Below, in pieces: positions 26,946-40,690 of a DNA stretch of 64,000 nt (position 1 is the first letter of the stretch; every line of letters starts with the position of its first letter). This stretch comes from Octopus sinensis (Eukaryota), in NCBI RefSeq assembly GCF_006345805.1, contig NC_043012.1:56668001-56732000 (forward strand). The letters are read 5' to 3'. The notes beneath the pieces are model-generated. The model had not been told where the DNA came from. It saw nothing but the letters and a program-made list of their open reading frames with translations, and did not search any database. The translations under genes were made by a program, and so were the position numbers.

Positions 26946-27372
26946 AGGTGGCAAGCTGGCAGAAATGTTAGCATGCCAAGCAAAATGCTTAGCAGTATTT
27001 CATCTGCTGCTACATTCTGAGTTCAAATTCCACCAAGGTCAACTTTGCCTTTAATCCTTTCGGGTTCGATTAAATAAGTACCAGTTACGCACTGGGGTCG
27101 ATATAATCAACTTAATCCGTTTGTCTGTCCTTGTTTGTCCCCTCTGTGTTTAGCCCCTTGTGGGTAATAAAGAAATAAGAAATGTTAGCATGCCTAGTGA
27201 AATGCTTAGTGGTGTTTCATCTGTCTTTACATTCTGAGTTCAAATTCTGCTGAGGTCAACTTTGCCTTTCATCCTAGGGTTGATAAATTAAGTACCAGTT
27301 GCATACTGGGAGCAATCTAATCAACCAGCCCCCTCCCCCAAAATTCGGGCCTTGTGCCAGGGGTAGAAAAGA
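26946..27372 (+). mobile_element. SINE family B dimer; the second unit has a different tail
   Basis: Two consecutive GTTAGCATGCC...GAGTTCAAATT...CTTTGCCTTT units. Confidence 0.8.
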
Positions 27373-27472
27373 ACGTTCATTTTTTTTATGCTTGCATGGG
27401 TTGGGCAGAGTTCATTGAGGTAAGTTTTCCACGGCTGAGTGCTCTCCTTTTCACTAACCCTAACTTGTTTCC

Positions 27473-27695
27473 TATTTCTTTATTGCTCACAAGGGGCTAA
27501 ACATAGAGGGGACAAACAAGGAAAGACAAAGGGATTAAGTCAATTACATCGACACCAGTGTGTAACTGGTACTTAATTTATCGACTCTGAAAGGATGAAA
27601 GGCAAAGTCGACCTCGGCGGAAATTGAACTCAGGATGTAATGGCAGACGAAATACCGCTAAGCATTTTGCCCGGTGTGCTAACGATTCTGCCAGT
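27473..27695 (-). mobile_element. SINE family B nested in a decayed RTE-tail repeat
   Basis: Family match; GTTTCC duplicated at the flanks. Confidence 0.82.
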
Positions 27696-28392
27696 TTCCA
27701 AGCAAGGTAATATTTCTCCATGGCCAGAACATGTTGTTGCCAAATACTGGAAATGAATGACACTGCTTGTATGGCAGTGACGATCATTTACAACTGCCAT
27801 GTAATGTCAAGACAAGGAGACACAAACATGCAAACATGCACACTCACAGGCATTCACATGCACACACATGTATGATGGGTTTCTTTCACTTTTTGTTTAC
27901 CAAATCCTCTTGCAAAGCTTTGATTGGCCCCAGGGCTATAGTAGAAGACACTAGCCCAAGGTGCCATGAAGTGGAACTGAACTTAAAACCATGTGGTTGA
28001 GAAGCAAACATTTCAACCACACAGCTATGTCTGCCTATAGTGATAACTGAGGTGGAAAAAAGAGAAACAGATCAAGTTTAAGGAGATATTGATTGATTTG
28101 GGATAAAGTAAAGAGAGTGAGATCACTGAAAGTTAGGCCTCACATTTGAAATGATGAAAATACATATATATATATAGAAATTTGGGATGAGTACTTGATA
28201 ATTATAAGCACCTGTGTAAACCGTTTGGTGGTGTAGGTGGTGGAGTAAATTGATCAAAATAAAAACCGCTGAATCCTTGGCATCATGTTTTTATTTTGAT
28301 CAATTATATATATATATATATATATTTTAAAGTTTCAGCTCGGAGCTGCAGCCATGCTGATGCACCGCCGTTTATATATATATATATATATA

Positions 28393-28640
28393 CTAGTATT
28401 ATAACCCGATTTCATTCGGGTCTACCCGGGCCACATTTTAAAGATGAGGAATTTTACCCTAGAGGCCACGCCTTTCAATTGAGCAAACTCAAAGTTTCCC
28501 TGCAAACTCCCCAGCACTTTTAACATAGGTGTGCTAATTTTCAAGTCAATCAGACCACATTTACTAACACTTTTGCCTGCACAACTGCTTATGAGACAAC
28601 ATCCACACTTTTCACAAATATATGCATACATACATATATA
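28393..28640 (-). mobile_element. Helitron-like element
   Basis: Minus-strand end ACCCGAATGAAATCGGGT hairpin followed by CTAG|T, inside (TA)n. Confidence 0.6.
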
Positions 28641-28854
28641 TATATTCTTTTATTCTTTTACTTGTTTCAGTCATTTGACTGCAGCCAAGCTAGAGCAATG
28701 ATTTGAAGGGTTTTCGCCAAACAAATTAATCCTAGGACTTATTTTTTTAAAGCCTCGTACTTATTCTATCAGTCTCTTTTGCAAAACTGCTAAGTTATGG
28801 GGATGTAAACACACCAACACCTGTTGTCAAGCAATGATGGGGGACAACACAAAT

Positions 28855-29220
28855 ATCATCATCATCATTTAACGTCCGTTTTCCATGCTAGCATGGGTTG
28901 GATGGTTCAAGTGGGGTCTGGGAAGCCAGGAAGCTGCACCAGGCTCCTGTCTGATCTGGCAGTGTTTCTACAGCTGGATGCCCTTCCTAATGCCAACCAC
29001 AGGGGCCAGAGGAGGCTGGCAACAGCCACGATTGGTTGGTGCTTTTTACGTGCCACCGGCATGCAAGCCAGTGAAGGCGGCACTGGCATTGGCCATGTTC
29101 AGATGGTGCTTTTTACGTGCCACCGGTACCGGTATCACAACTACAATTTCCATTTGATTTTCATCTTAATGTTGATGTACTTGACTCAATAGGTCTCCTC
29201 AAGCACCGCAGGTTGCCCTA
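28855..29220 (-). mobile_element. RTE LINE 3'UTR repeat inserted into a family A SINE
   Basis: (CAT)n-TTAACGTCCGTTTTCCATGCTAGCATGGGTTGG signature; SINE halves on both sides. Confidence 0.8.
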
Positions 29221-30145
29221 TGATCAGGCTTCTTTCAGTTTCCGTCTACCAAATCCACACACAAACCTTTGGTAAATCCGAGGCTATAGATCACACTTGC
29301 CCAAGGTACCACACAGTGGAACTGAACTTGGAACCATATGGACAGGAAGTAAGCTTCTTACCACGCAGCCAAGCCTGCACCTATATATATGTGTGTGTGT
29401 GTGTGGTGTGTATGTGTGTGTGTGTGTGTGTGTGTGTAAGAATGAATGAAGCTTTTGTTACATAAATTCTAACTCATGTCAGTATGGAAAATTAACAAAC
29501 AGGTTACCTACCATAGAGTAAAATCGAATTTGTGAGTTTGGTATTTATGTAATTAATTAATATAATTGGAAGCATATAATTTTTCCCTACAGCCAACTCA
29601 TTCAAACTAAAACTAAAGCAAAACAACATAAGCAACCAAAAAAAAAAAAAGAATTCATCATTATAATTAACAAAATTAAATTATCCACCTATTTTGTTCC
29701 TTTTTATTAAAATTTTTTTTTTACTGTTCTCTGTTGATTTTTGGCATGATGACAACTCCTTCCATAAAAACTTGACAAATATTTATTTCATTACAAGCTG
29801 CATATTTTAAAAGTAATCCCTCCCACCCATTTTGTTTGTAGACAGAATAATTAGTGAGAGTGCAGTTGGCATTCAAACATTTGCTCTTCTCAGAATTGGC
29901 AAATAATTCATAATATTTCAGGATTTTTGAATGTCGATGAGGAGGAAAGAAACAAATGAAAGCATCTGAGTGCAGATATGGGAAGTATGATTCTCAACAT
30001 CATGGTTTGAGGTTCAAGCCCCACTGTGTGGTACTTTAGGTAAGCATCTTCTACTATAGGCCTCGGGGCTTAGTGAACCAAAGCCTTGTGAATGGATTTG
30101 GTAGATAGAAACAGAAAGAAGCTCATCATGTGTGTGGGGGGGGGG

Positions 30146-30579
30146 GTGAAATGGGAAAATTGAGATGGAAGAAGTGATGTCATCTATTGGACCAGCTATT
30201 GGTGATAGGGTCTCCAATGTCAGATGGAACAACACATCGATTTAAAAACCCAGTGAACCTGCAATGACATCAGCTGAAGTATTGATTTAAGAACAAGCAG
30301 ACTTGCAACAACTGAAGCAACCACTATCTTTTGTTGGTTTCAGTCACTGGACTGTGGCCATGCTGGGGCACAGCTTTGAAGGGTTTTAGTCAAACAAATT
30401 GGCTTTCTGTACTTATTTTTTAAAACCAGATACTTGTTGTATTGGCTTCTTTTGCCACACCGTTAAGTTACAGGGACATAAATAAACCAATACAAGTTGT
30501 CAAACAATGGGGTGGGGTACAAACACAGACACAAAACACACAACACACACACACACACACAAACAATACACAAACTAGA
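30146..30579 (+). repeat. Dispersed duplication of 36882-37320
   Basis: Collinear non-repeat sequence plus the same decayed SINE tail. Confidence 0.9.
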
Positions 30580-31852
30580 TTGATTTTCAGTGCTAATATG
30601 GATATATGTGTATCAGTATACGTGTATGTGAGTGTGTGTATGTTTGTGTCTCCTTGTCTTGACATCACTCACATGATAGTTGTAAATGAGTGTCACTGTC
30701 ATACAAGCAGTGTCATTCATTTCCATTATTCTGCAAAGTCATGCCAGGACATGTGAAAATATTATCTTGTTTGGAAACAAGCTAGGGTTTGTGAAAGGAA
30801 GGGCATCTGGCAGTAGAAAATTTGCCTTGATAAGCTCTGGCCAACCCATTCAACCATAAAGAAGAGGATGTTAAAATACTAATGGTCGTGGTTATAGGAA
30901 TGGCCTGTGTGATTAGGAAATTCAGTTTGGTTCTAAATTTGGTCCCACAATGAAGCAACTCATAATTGCCATCTTCAACCACAATGGTGATGTGTTGACC
31001 AAAGCCTTGAGATTGAAACTTGATAGATGGAATCTATGAAGAAGTGCAGAGTATATGGATGTGCGTGTGTGTGTGTGTGTGTGTGAACATACATATATGT
31101 GTGTGTAGGCATGGGATGAATACTTGCTGTGCTGATCGCAAAAATGACTGCATTGAACAAAAATCCTCAAAGACAACACTCCCAGCATGGCCTCAGCCTA
31201 ATGGCTGAAATTGATAAAAAAACAGAAGAATTGGATTTTTTTTTCAGCATTGTAAAGACATTGGGTGATTATCTTTTAAAAGCACTTCTATCTCTTCATG
31301 CCAAGCTCTCCCCCATCTGAGATTAATGAGGGAAATTAGTCAATTAATGAATCACTAATCTGGGAAATGTCAAATTAATTTGATCAATAGTGTTTCATTT
31401 AATTTATTTTTCTGATGCATGTGCATAGTATTTTAACAAAGTTAAAGTTAAAATTAGCAGGAAATCAGTATAACTAATTAATGCTAACAATAATGACAAC
31501 TGAACAGCAAAGCCAAAAAACAAAAAAAAAAAGAAACGGAAAAAGTAATAAAAAAATGTACTAGTCAAAGAGTACAAGAGGGTAACAAAAGTTAGAGTTA
31601 GAAAAACATTTATAAATTGAAAAGAAATTTACTAAACACTCAATAATAGTATTATTTAGGCAGATTTAAAGAGCAGTGGAAACAACTGAAAGAGTAGACA
31701 GGTGTCTTTTCAGAATTCTTGCTCTACAATGCACTGGGGCTCTGCTTAGCACTGCTTTTCATGGTAGTAAGCAGAAGAGAGTCTGATATTCTTCTCTTAG
31801 ATAGAATATTACCCCTTTTGTTACTCCATTTCTGTTAAAGCACACTTCCTTT

Positions 31853-32303
31853 CATCATCACCATCATTATCATCATTTAGTGTCTGCTTTCCATACTGGC
31901 ATAGGTTAGATGGTTTGATTGGAACTAGTAAGCTGGAGAGCTGCACCAGGTTCCAGTCTGATTTGGCATGGTTTCTATGGCTGGATGCCCTTCCTAATGC
32001 CAACCACTCTGAGAGTGTAATGAGTGCTTTTTATGTGCCACTGGCACCATTTACATGACACCTGTAACAGTCATGACTACAATTTCTTGGGTGCCATTTA
32101 CATGAAACTGTCAATGGCCATGACTATGGTTACACTTAGCTTGAGTCTTCTCAAGCACAGCGTATCGCCCAAGTCACAACCACTTTTATTGTCTCCACGA
32201 GGCCCAGTATTCGATGATCCCTTGTCTTCCTGGGTCTACCTCTTCCACAGGTTCCTTCCACAGTTAGAGCCCAGCACTTCTTTACACAACTGTTCTCATC
32301 CAT
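31853..32303 (-). mobile_element. RTE LINE 3' end: ORF terminus, 3'UTR and (TGA)n tail
   Basis: MDENSCVKKCWALTVEGTCGRGRPRKT..DHRILGL aligns with the end of the 60160-60894 ORF. Confidence 0.85.
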
Positions 32304-35300
32304 ATGTCCTTTATTTAAATTAATTTGGAACATAACGAAGAATTTATTAAAAATAACTGTCATTATTAAGCTGGTGTTGAGGTTGCAAACTGGCAGAACT
32401 GTTAACCTACCAGACAAAATGCTCAGTGGCATTTTCTTTGTCTTTGCATTCTGAGTTCAAATTCTACTGAGCTCAACTTCACCTTTCATCTTTTTCAGGG
32501 CTGATAGATTAACTACCAGTCAAGTACTGGAGTTGATGTAATCAACCAGATCCCCTCCTCAGAAACTACTGGCCCTGTGTCATAATTTCAAATTATTATT
32601 AAGCTGGTTCTAACATGAAATTTTAATGAAAGGTTATGATTGAGATCAGTCAGAGCAAACTGAGTAACTCATAGGACTTTTTGAATGGCACACCAATAAA
32701 AAAAATTACCTTGAAATAATTTTAATAGTGCAGCCCAACTGATTCTGATCCATGTCTTATGCAGCTCACTCCTTGAAAACGGTTGTCTGACTTAAATTAC
32801 AGAACCAAGGGTGCTCTCGGGTAGCCTAATACCCAATAGGTTAATCTATAAAATGCAATTTATTCCACATGAACTGAGCTGAACTCAGTCCAGTAAAGTA
32901 ACAATACATTCATCAATTTTAGTATTCTGTCACTATTGTTTACAGTGGCAAGTTATTCTTACCTTTCAGTGCCTATATATACATACATATATATCTAGTC
33001 TTTATGTTGTCATCATCATTTTGATCACTTTTTATGCTGACATGGGTTGAACTGGTCATCACAGTTCAAGTCAGTCCTTATTTGAAGACATTGCTCTCCT
33101 CGTTGGGTTTGGGGACCATTTCTTACTCGTACATTCCATTTTCACATGTTTTCTACGGGTGGATCTTCTTCCTAATACCAATGATTCTACAGAAAGTGAA
33201 AGTACTGGGTGTATTTTTATTGTGGCGCCAGCACTAGAGAAGTTGTCATGCCCTCAACAAGACTCAAGAGTCCTCTCTGCCGAACAGAGATCCTGTTTGT
33301 TAAAAGGAAACATGACTGCAAATGTAATAAGAGAGTAGGTTATGGAAGAGAGACAGTAACTGGAAGTTACATGTTACAGGGTGGTGAACTAAGGAACAAT
33401 AAAAGTTGGTAAGAAAGTGATACTTAATCATCACTGATATAACTAGATTGTGTAATTTCAATGCTGGAAGTAGAACTGCTGTATGTTTTGCAGAATTGAG
33501 CTTACTTCTCCTGACAGTAAAAGGTACCTACAACATATCAGTTTCACATCCAAGAAAGATTCAACTCTCAGCCAGTTAAAACTACAAAAACCAGAAACAA
33601 ACATCAGTTATATGGGTCCTTGTTGATTTGGAAAGAGTTAGTAACCAAAGAGAAATAAATTTATTGCAGATTTATTGTACTCTTCATAACAAACTATTAG
33701 GACAGAAGAGTAGAATTCTCCAAAATATTGAGAATGGTATATATGGGAAAAGAGATTACGGAATGTACATAATCTTGTGCAGTGGCTATGCAAGAATAAA
33801 CCATAATAGATGTTTACAAAAATTGATGTTTATGGCTGAAACAAAGGCATGTACTTGTCCAGAGATGCTGCAGTTTTGATTTGATTGGCTTGGTGTCTTG
33901 CTGATTCTATCTGGCAGAGACAGACAACAGTTAATTGGTGCTCCATTACAAGGTTCATCCAACAAAGAAAGCAAGACAGGCGCTGTTTTAATAGATTGCA
34001 CATACTGACCAAGCAACAGACGAATGTGAAAAAACACCACTGCATCACTATTTGTTGTAGTCACTCAACAAACTTCAAACATCTGCAAATTTCTCTGATG
34101 TTTCCCCGTATTAATTAAGGAAGTAGTTTGTCCAGAGAACTTTAAAGAACAAACAGTCTCATCTTACTCTGGAACAATGCCAAGTGGTAATGTCCCATTT
34201 CTAGCTGAGCTATTTACACTGAAATTTGGTAATATGTTTAGGCTGCTACAATTTATTTCACATATCGAGAACATGTGTAATGATCTCCAGACCAACTTGA
34301 GATTGTTTCTGATATGGGAAGAAATGGATGCCGTTAAGAATATCAAATCCAGTTCAGTACTTGAATGAAAATTACATTAATTTTATACTGAACTGGCCAG
34401 GGTTTGGGTTCATAAAGAAAGCCCAAGGCTAAGAAGAATGAAAGTAAATGGTAAAAAGAATTTAGGTACCTCAATAACAAATCTGTAATGAGAATGACTT
34501 AATTCTGAATAAATAGTTCTAGAAGGGCTGGATAAGCTGAGAGGTGAAACTTGAAGTTCCAGTTAACTTTTACAATAAATTTGATCTTACTCTCAGTATT
34601 AAGCCACCCCATTATTAAAAGTTTTCTTTATTATTTATCATCATTTAACATCCACTTTTCCATGTTTGAATGAGTCAGATGGAATTTCTTGGGTAGAAAT
34701 TCCACAGCCAGATACCCTTCCTGTTGCCAACCCTCACCGATTTACAAACAAGGTAATGTTTTCCCACAGCTGGGCGTGTTTTTCATGGATGACAAAAAAA
34801 CCAAGACCCTTTCATGAAAAGGAAGCTCACTAACAACTATCATGTGATATCTAAACAGTGGTACACATAAGCACACATGCATATATGTGATGGGCTTCTT
34901 TCAGTTTCCATCTACCAAATCCACTCACATGGCTTTGGTTAGACTGGGGCTATAATAGAAGACACTGACCCAAGGTGCTGTACAAAGGGACTGAACCCAG
35001 AACCACCATGGTCGGAAAGTAAGCTTCTTAACCACACAGCCATGGCTGACATCCCATCAGTATATGTTCTGTTATTTACCTTTTATCTTGTTTCAGCCAT
35101 TGGACTGTGGCCATGCTGGAGCTCGTCCTTGAAGGGTTTCAGTTGAACAAATCAAACCCCTGCCCCCAGTACATATTATTCTTAAGTCTGGTACTTACAA
35201 GTCTTTTTTGCCAAATCACTAAGGGGGATGTAAACAAACCAATACTAGTTGTCAAGTGGGGTACAAACCCTCATAAGGCTTTGGTTGCCATGGGGCTATA

Positions 35301-35772
35301 GTAAAAAACACACTAGCTCAGGTACCACACAATGGGACTGAACCTGGAACCATGTGGTTGGGAAGCAAACTTCTTATCACAGTTTTAAGATAATGACTGC
35401 TATGTGATTCGGGAATTTACTTCACAATTTCATTACATCACACTATATGGAACCTCTGCCTTCTGCCATAGTTTTGAGATGGCTCAAGCCATTTGAGTGA
35501 AGCTGAGTAGACATAAATAAAGCAGAAACTTCTTGATCAGCAGACTGAAGAACTTACTGCCCTGTTTAAAATTACGACCTGGCCCTTTAGTGCTCTCAGT
35601 GAAGTCCACTCTGTTGCAAACATTCAAATCAAGTTTCAAATACTGGATGTCCTGCATAAGGTTATAGGCATTGCCTTTCTTCTCTGATTGAGTCACATTT
35701 TTTAAAAAGTCTGCCAGAGAATATTCAAGTTAAATTTAATGTCAATTGGTTGTGACCATGGTGTATGTATTA

Positions 35773-36026
35773 TCTCTTGTGAAAGGTAGGAGAGTCCAGT
35801 TTGCTGGACATTGTTGTAGAGCTGAAAACGAGGCAATTTCTACTCTTCTCCTCTAGAAGCCATCTACTCGCGATACCAGAGGGCGCACACTCTCCTTTCC
35901 TGATGCAATCTCCAGGGATACAGGCATCCAGCAACAGGACCTCCGTAATGCTATGATGGACCGTGAAGTCTGGCGTAGCATAGTAAATTCCATTGTCTCG
36001 ACCACGGTCGAACAATGATGATGATG
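35773..36026 (+). mobile_element. RTE-like LINE 3' end (different family)
   Basis: LVKGRRVQFAGHCCRAENE...DLRNAMMDREVWRSIV...VEQ* followed by (TGA)n. Confidence 0.8.
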
Positions 36027-36339
36027 TATGATACCAAAAATGTTCAATTTCTGGGTTTAGATTTGTTAAATCTAAACACAGCAATACAATCAATAACACT
36101 GGGCATTAAATTATATACTACTCCATGTTTGTGGGTAACAGTTTCAGCACAAGTGATCAGGAAATAACAGTTGGAATTTAAGGGAGATAATTCTTTTATG
36201 ACTAGCATTTTAGTAAACATATGTTTTGTTTTTTTTTTCTGTCCAGTTAACATAAGAGTGCATAATGTAATTCTTAAAAAGGAAAAAATAGAATGAGAGA
36301 AAATGTGAATTATTATATTTAAATTCGTTTTTGGATTTG

Positions 36340-36432
36340 GTTTGAGAGTGAAGACGACTGAAAAGGTTGCAAGATGCAACGAAAATTTTAGGAAAATAAA
36401 AATAAGTGGAAATTTTACCAGTGAGTGTGTTA
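36340..36432 (+). mobile_element. Penelope-like terminal fragment with hammerhead motif (36355-36391)
   Basis: CTGAAAAG-GTTGC-AAGAT-GCAAC-GAAAATTTTAG; same family as 48173-48363. Confidence 0.6.
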
Positions 36433-38279
36433 AATTATTAGGCACAAAAAGAAAATGACTCTCCCCAGACACAACAGAATTGTATTTAATCTTTTCTCCA
36501 TAAATGTCATTGAAAAGAACAAAGAATCAAAACTCAGAGGAAAATCAAAGAAAAAAATGAAACATTAATTATGTTGCAAAAAATATAAAGGACAAGACTG
36601 AACATATTGCTTTGTTTTGATGGTACAGATATATGAAAAATTGAAAATGTCACAGAAGTCACATAGGAGCCCTGGAGTAAGAATTGTGAAGTTGTGATTT
36701 ATCTTTCTCTTTTTTTTCTTCTTTTTTCTTATGTCTAAGGATAAATTTATGGTGATACAAATAATTCAGACATTTTATATCATGAAGAAGATGTGGGATC
36801 CCAGGTTTTCAATGCAAGTCCTTCATCCTTCAGAGAGGGAAAGTAAACAATATAGTGGTCAGTCTTTTAGGACATCAGACTGTGAAATGGGAAAACTGAG
36901 ATGGAAGAAGTGATGTCAGCTATTGGACCAGTTATTGGTGATAGGGTCTCCAATGTCAGATGGAACAACACATCAATTTAAAAACCCAGTGGAATGCAAT
37001 GGCATCAGCTGAAGTATTGATTTAAGAACAAGCAGACTTGCAACAACTGAAGCAATCACTATCTTTTGTTGGTTTCAGTCACTGGACTGTGGCCATGCTG
37101 GGGCATAGCTCTGAAGGGTTTTGGTCAAACAAATTGGCTTTCTGTACTTATATTTTAAAACCAGATACTTGTTGTATTGGCTTCTTTTGCCACACTGTTA
37201 AGTTACAGGGACATAAATAAACCAACACAAGTTGTCAAACAATGGGGTGGGGTACAAATACTGACAGAAAACACACAAAACACACAATACACATACACAA
37301 TACACAATACACAAACTAGAGGCTTCCACTCAGTTTCTGCCTATCAAATTCATTCACAAGGCATTGTTTGACTCAAGGCTATAAGCAGAAGTAACTTGCC
37401 CATGGTGCCATGCAGTGGGACTGAAACTGAAGCCATGTGGTTATAGAGCAATCTTCCTAACCACACAGCCACGTGTGTACCTAAAGAGAGAAGAATAAAA
37501 TTTAACTGGAAAAAAAACCCAAAATAAACTAGAGTATCTCAATCATTAAGTAATCACTAAATTTTTTTTTTTTCCTATTTATGTCAAATGTTATCATCTG
37601 GGACATTAAATTTCCTTCCTGTGTGTGAAATATACTCGCTATGGTGATTTTTAAAAGCAACAACAACAATGTCAACAACATTGAAGTGAAATTAATGTTA
37701 ACTTTTTAAGGTTAGTTAACGAGACTGAAAACAAAACATTAACACTCTAAGAATAATTAATTAAGATTGGTGATTATTTTTTAACCTCCACAACAATAAT
37801 AGTTGAGGTGAAGGCCTGCCTGTCTGTCTTTCGCGGAAACTTGATGCTGTTGTTTCAAAGTACAGAAAAATTGTGACAGGACAAAACACACCCAAACACA
37901 CACACACACACACAACACACACACACACAGAAGCACATTCACATATATAGACACATTGATATCTCAATTATTTTAATACTGTCTGTCTGAAGAACAAACC
38001 AATGAAACAGTGAAAACATTCCCTCTCTCCCACTGGCGTGTATGTATACATACCTACATGGACAGACACACAACCTTACACCTGGGTACATACAAAATAT
38101 ACAAACACAGACAGGTGCACAATCGATTATTGATGCAGTGAAGACTTGTAAAACACTCCGAAAATTCTGTCAGATGAAATTCTGAGATGAACACACTTGA
38201 AATCAGTGTGTGTGTGACATACATACACACAAATTGCATGCACACTTAACAACACACACACACACACACAAAATAATCC

Positions 38280-38441
38280 CTCACGGAATAATTACACAAG
38301 CAAAATAATCACTCACACACAGAATAATCACGAAATAATCACACAGATACGTAATCAAAGTGTGTATGTGGTACACGTACGCATATAACAAGTACACACA
38401 CACACACATCTAGTGCATTCATTACAGGAGTGCTAGTATTT
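38280..38441 (+). repeat. Dispersed duplication with 43311-43471
   Basis: CTCACGGAATAATTACACAAGCAAAATAATCACTCACACA...CTAGTATTTC present in both. Confidence 0.85.
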
Positions 38442-38763
38442 CCACACTTACACCTCTGTATAGCCTGAGACTCCTGTCTAGTAAAAATGTATGACAGGAG
38501 CAACTGAAACAGATCCAGTTAATCACTTGACATATAAACTCAGATTTCATCATGCGCCGGCCACCGCCGCCACCACCACCACCACCACCACCACCACCAC
38601 TGCTACTATGACAACGATGGTGACGTCCTCAACATCATCCGAGGTCAACTTTAATCCTTTCAGGGTTGATGAAATAGTACCAGTCATGCACTGGGGTCAA
38701 TGTAACTGACTAGTCCCCTGCCCTTCAAATTCAAAGCCTTGTGCCTTTAGTAGAAAGGATTAT

Positions 38764-39280
38764 TGGAAGTATGCTGTGTGTGGGAAAACTCGGCAGGACA
38801 AGTGAGACCATAACCCGTGGCCTCTACCTGGGACGTAGCCAGCCCACTTATGCATACCTTTCCTTCTTGTGACACAAACCCTACTTGTGAAGACCTGTTG
38901 AGGCAAGTGAAAATCAAAATCAAAATTGAAATCGATCAACATCAATGGAAATTGTAGCTGTGATACCAGTGCTGGTGGCACGTAAGAGAACCATCCGAAC
39001 GTGGCCGTTGCCAGCACCACCCCGACTGGCCTCCGTGCCAGTGGCACATAAAAAGCACCATCCGATCATGGCCGTTTGCCAGCCTTGTCTGGCACCTGTG
39101 CAGGTGGCACGTAAAAAGCACCCACTACACTCACGGAGTGGTTGGCGTTAGGAAGGGCATCCAGTTGTAGAAACACTGCCAGATCAGACTGGGCCTGGTG
39201 CAGCCTTCTGACTTCCCAGACCCCAGTTGAACCGTCCAACCCATGCTAGCATGGAAAACGGACGTTAAATGATGATGATG
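38764..39280 (+). mobile_element. RTE LINE 3' end (ORF tail WKYAVCGKTRQDK* plus 3'UTR)
   Basis: Homologous to WRYAVTAKT* of the 60160 ORF; (TGA)n tail. Confidence 0.8.
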
Positions 39281-39295
39281 ATTATTATTATTAAA

Positions 39296-39806
39296 TCAAA
39301 TCAAATCAAATCAAAACAAATCAAAATAGATGAACATCAATGGAATTTGTATCTTTGTGGTACCAGTGCCGGTGGCACACAAGAAAACCATCCGAACGTG
39401 GCCGTAGCCAGTACCGCATCGTCTGGCCTCCGTGCTGTGGGCACGTAACAAACACCATCCGATCGTGGCCGTTTGCCAGCCTCATCTGGCACCTGTGTCG
39501 GTGGCACATAAAAACACCATCCGAGCGTGGCCGTCTGCCAGCCTCGTCTGGCACCTGTGTCGGTGGCACATAAAAAACACCATCCGAGCGTGGCCGTTCG
39601 CCAGCCTCGTCTGGCACCTGTGTCGGTGGCACATAAAATCATCCACTACACTCTCGGAGTGGTTGGCATTAGGAAGGGCATCCAGCTGTAGAAACACTGC
39701 CAGATCTGACTGGCCTGGTGCAGCCTTCGGGCTCCCCAGACCCCAGTTGAACTGTCCAACCCATGCTGGAAAGCGGACGTTAAATGATGATGATGATGAT
39801 GATGAT
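39296..39806 (+). mobile_element. RTE 3'UTR copy with four ~62-bp internal tandem units
   Basis: ACCATCCGA..GTGGCCGT units start at 39387, 39454, 39516 and 39579; (TGA)n tail. Confidence 0.85.
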
Positions 39807-40690
39807 GCAGCGAGCTGGCAGAATCATTACTACGATGGATAAAATGCTCGCATGGTCTAATAAGACCCAACAGATCAAAAGACTACATCTTCTTCCTTGG
39901 TCCTTGTTTAGGTTTGCTTTCTATGGTTGAATATCCATTCCTAGCACTCACTGCTTTACAGAATGTACTGGCTGTCACTGGCACCACCATCGTTTTATGT
40001 TAGCTTTCCATACTGATATGGGTTGGATGGGCTGATAAGACCACAACTTGCACCTATGTCTCAGTTTTGGCTTACTTTCAACATTTTGATACCCCTTCTT
40101 CGCACTATTTTACAGTGTGTACCAGATGCATTTTTTCATGGCACCAGCACTAGAGAAGTTGTCTTATCCTCGACAAAACTAAAGAGTCCTCTCAAGCCCT
40201 GTGTTGACTCTGCCTGTTTACCAACCACTGTATGTATATATTAAATAAGGAAATTTATTCACGATGTATTTTTTGTTGTTTAGCTTCAGATCAACTCTGG
40301 CAGAGTAGGCACTGTTCCAGCTGTGATCACCTTCCTCATATAACACTTCCTCCAAATGAAACTATTTCAAATATTTTTTAACAAAGTCAGTAGGCTGTGA
40401 TTTGAGGGAGATTTGGTTGCTACTTCAAGCAGACTGAGCTATCAAAGAGAACTACATATATTGAGGTACCTTTCTTTTTTTAAGACTTTGAAAAGGTCAT
40501 GAGCACAACCCCTTTTTACAGACCAAACTATTAAAAATAGTGGGGAAAAAAGTCAGTAAGCTGTGAAATAAGAGATATTTGACAGCTGTCTCAACGGGTT
40601 AAATTACTGTGTAACCAATGCCAGCTTAAAGCACAAGCATACTGTGCACTTATCTGAAGGCTCAGCAACAGGTCTAGGGACCCCAATATA

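Noticed and set aside
33430-34600. Coding-like stretch with faint transposase-like words (QQLIGAP, TTAS)
   Set aside because: Too decayed to assign by eye; needs a tBLASTn or HMM search
39387-39635. Regularly spaced repeats resembling a CRISPR array
   Set aside because: Whole units repeat with no unique spacers, there are no cas genes, and the array lies in a LINE 3'UTR
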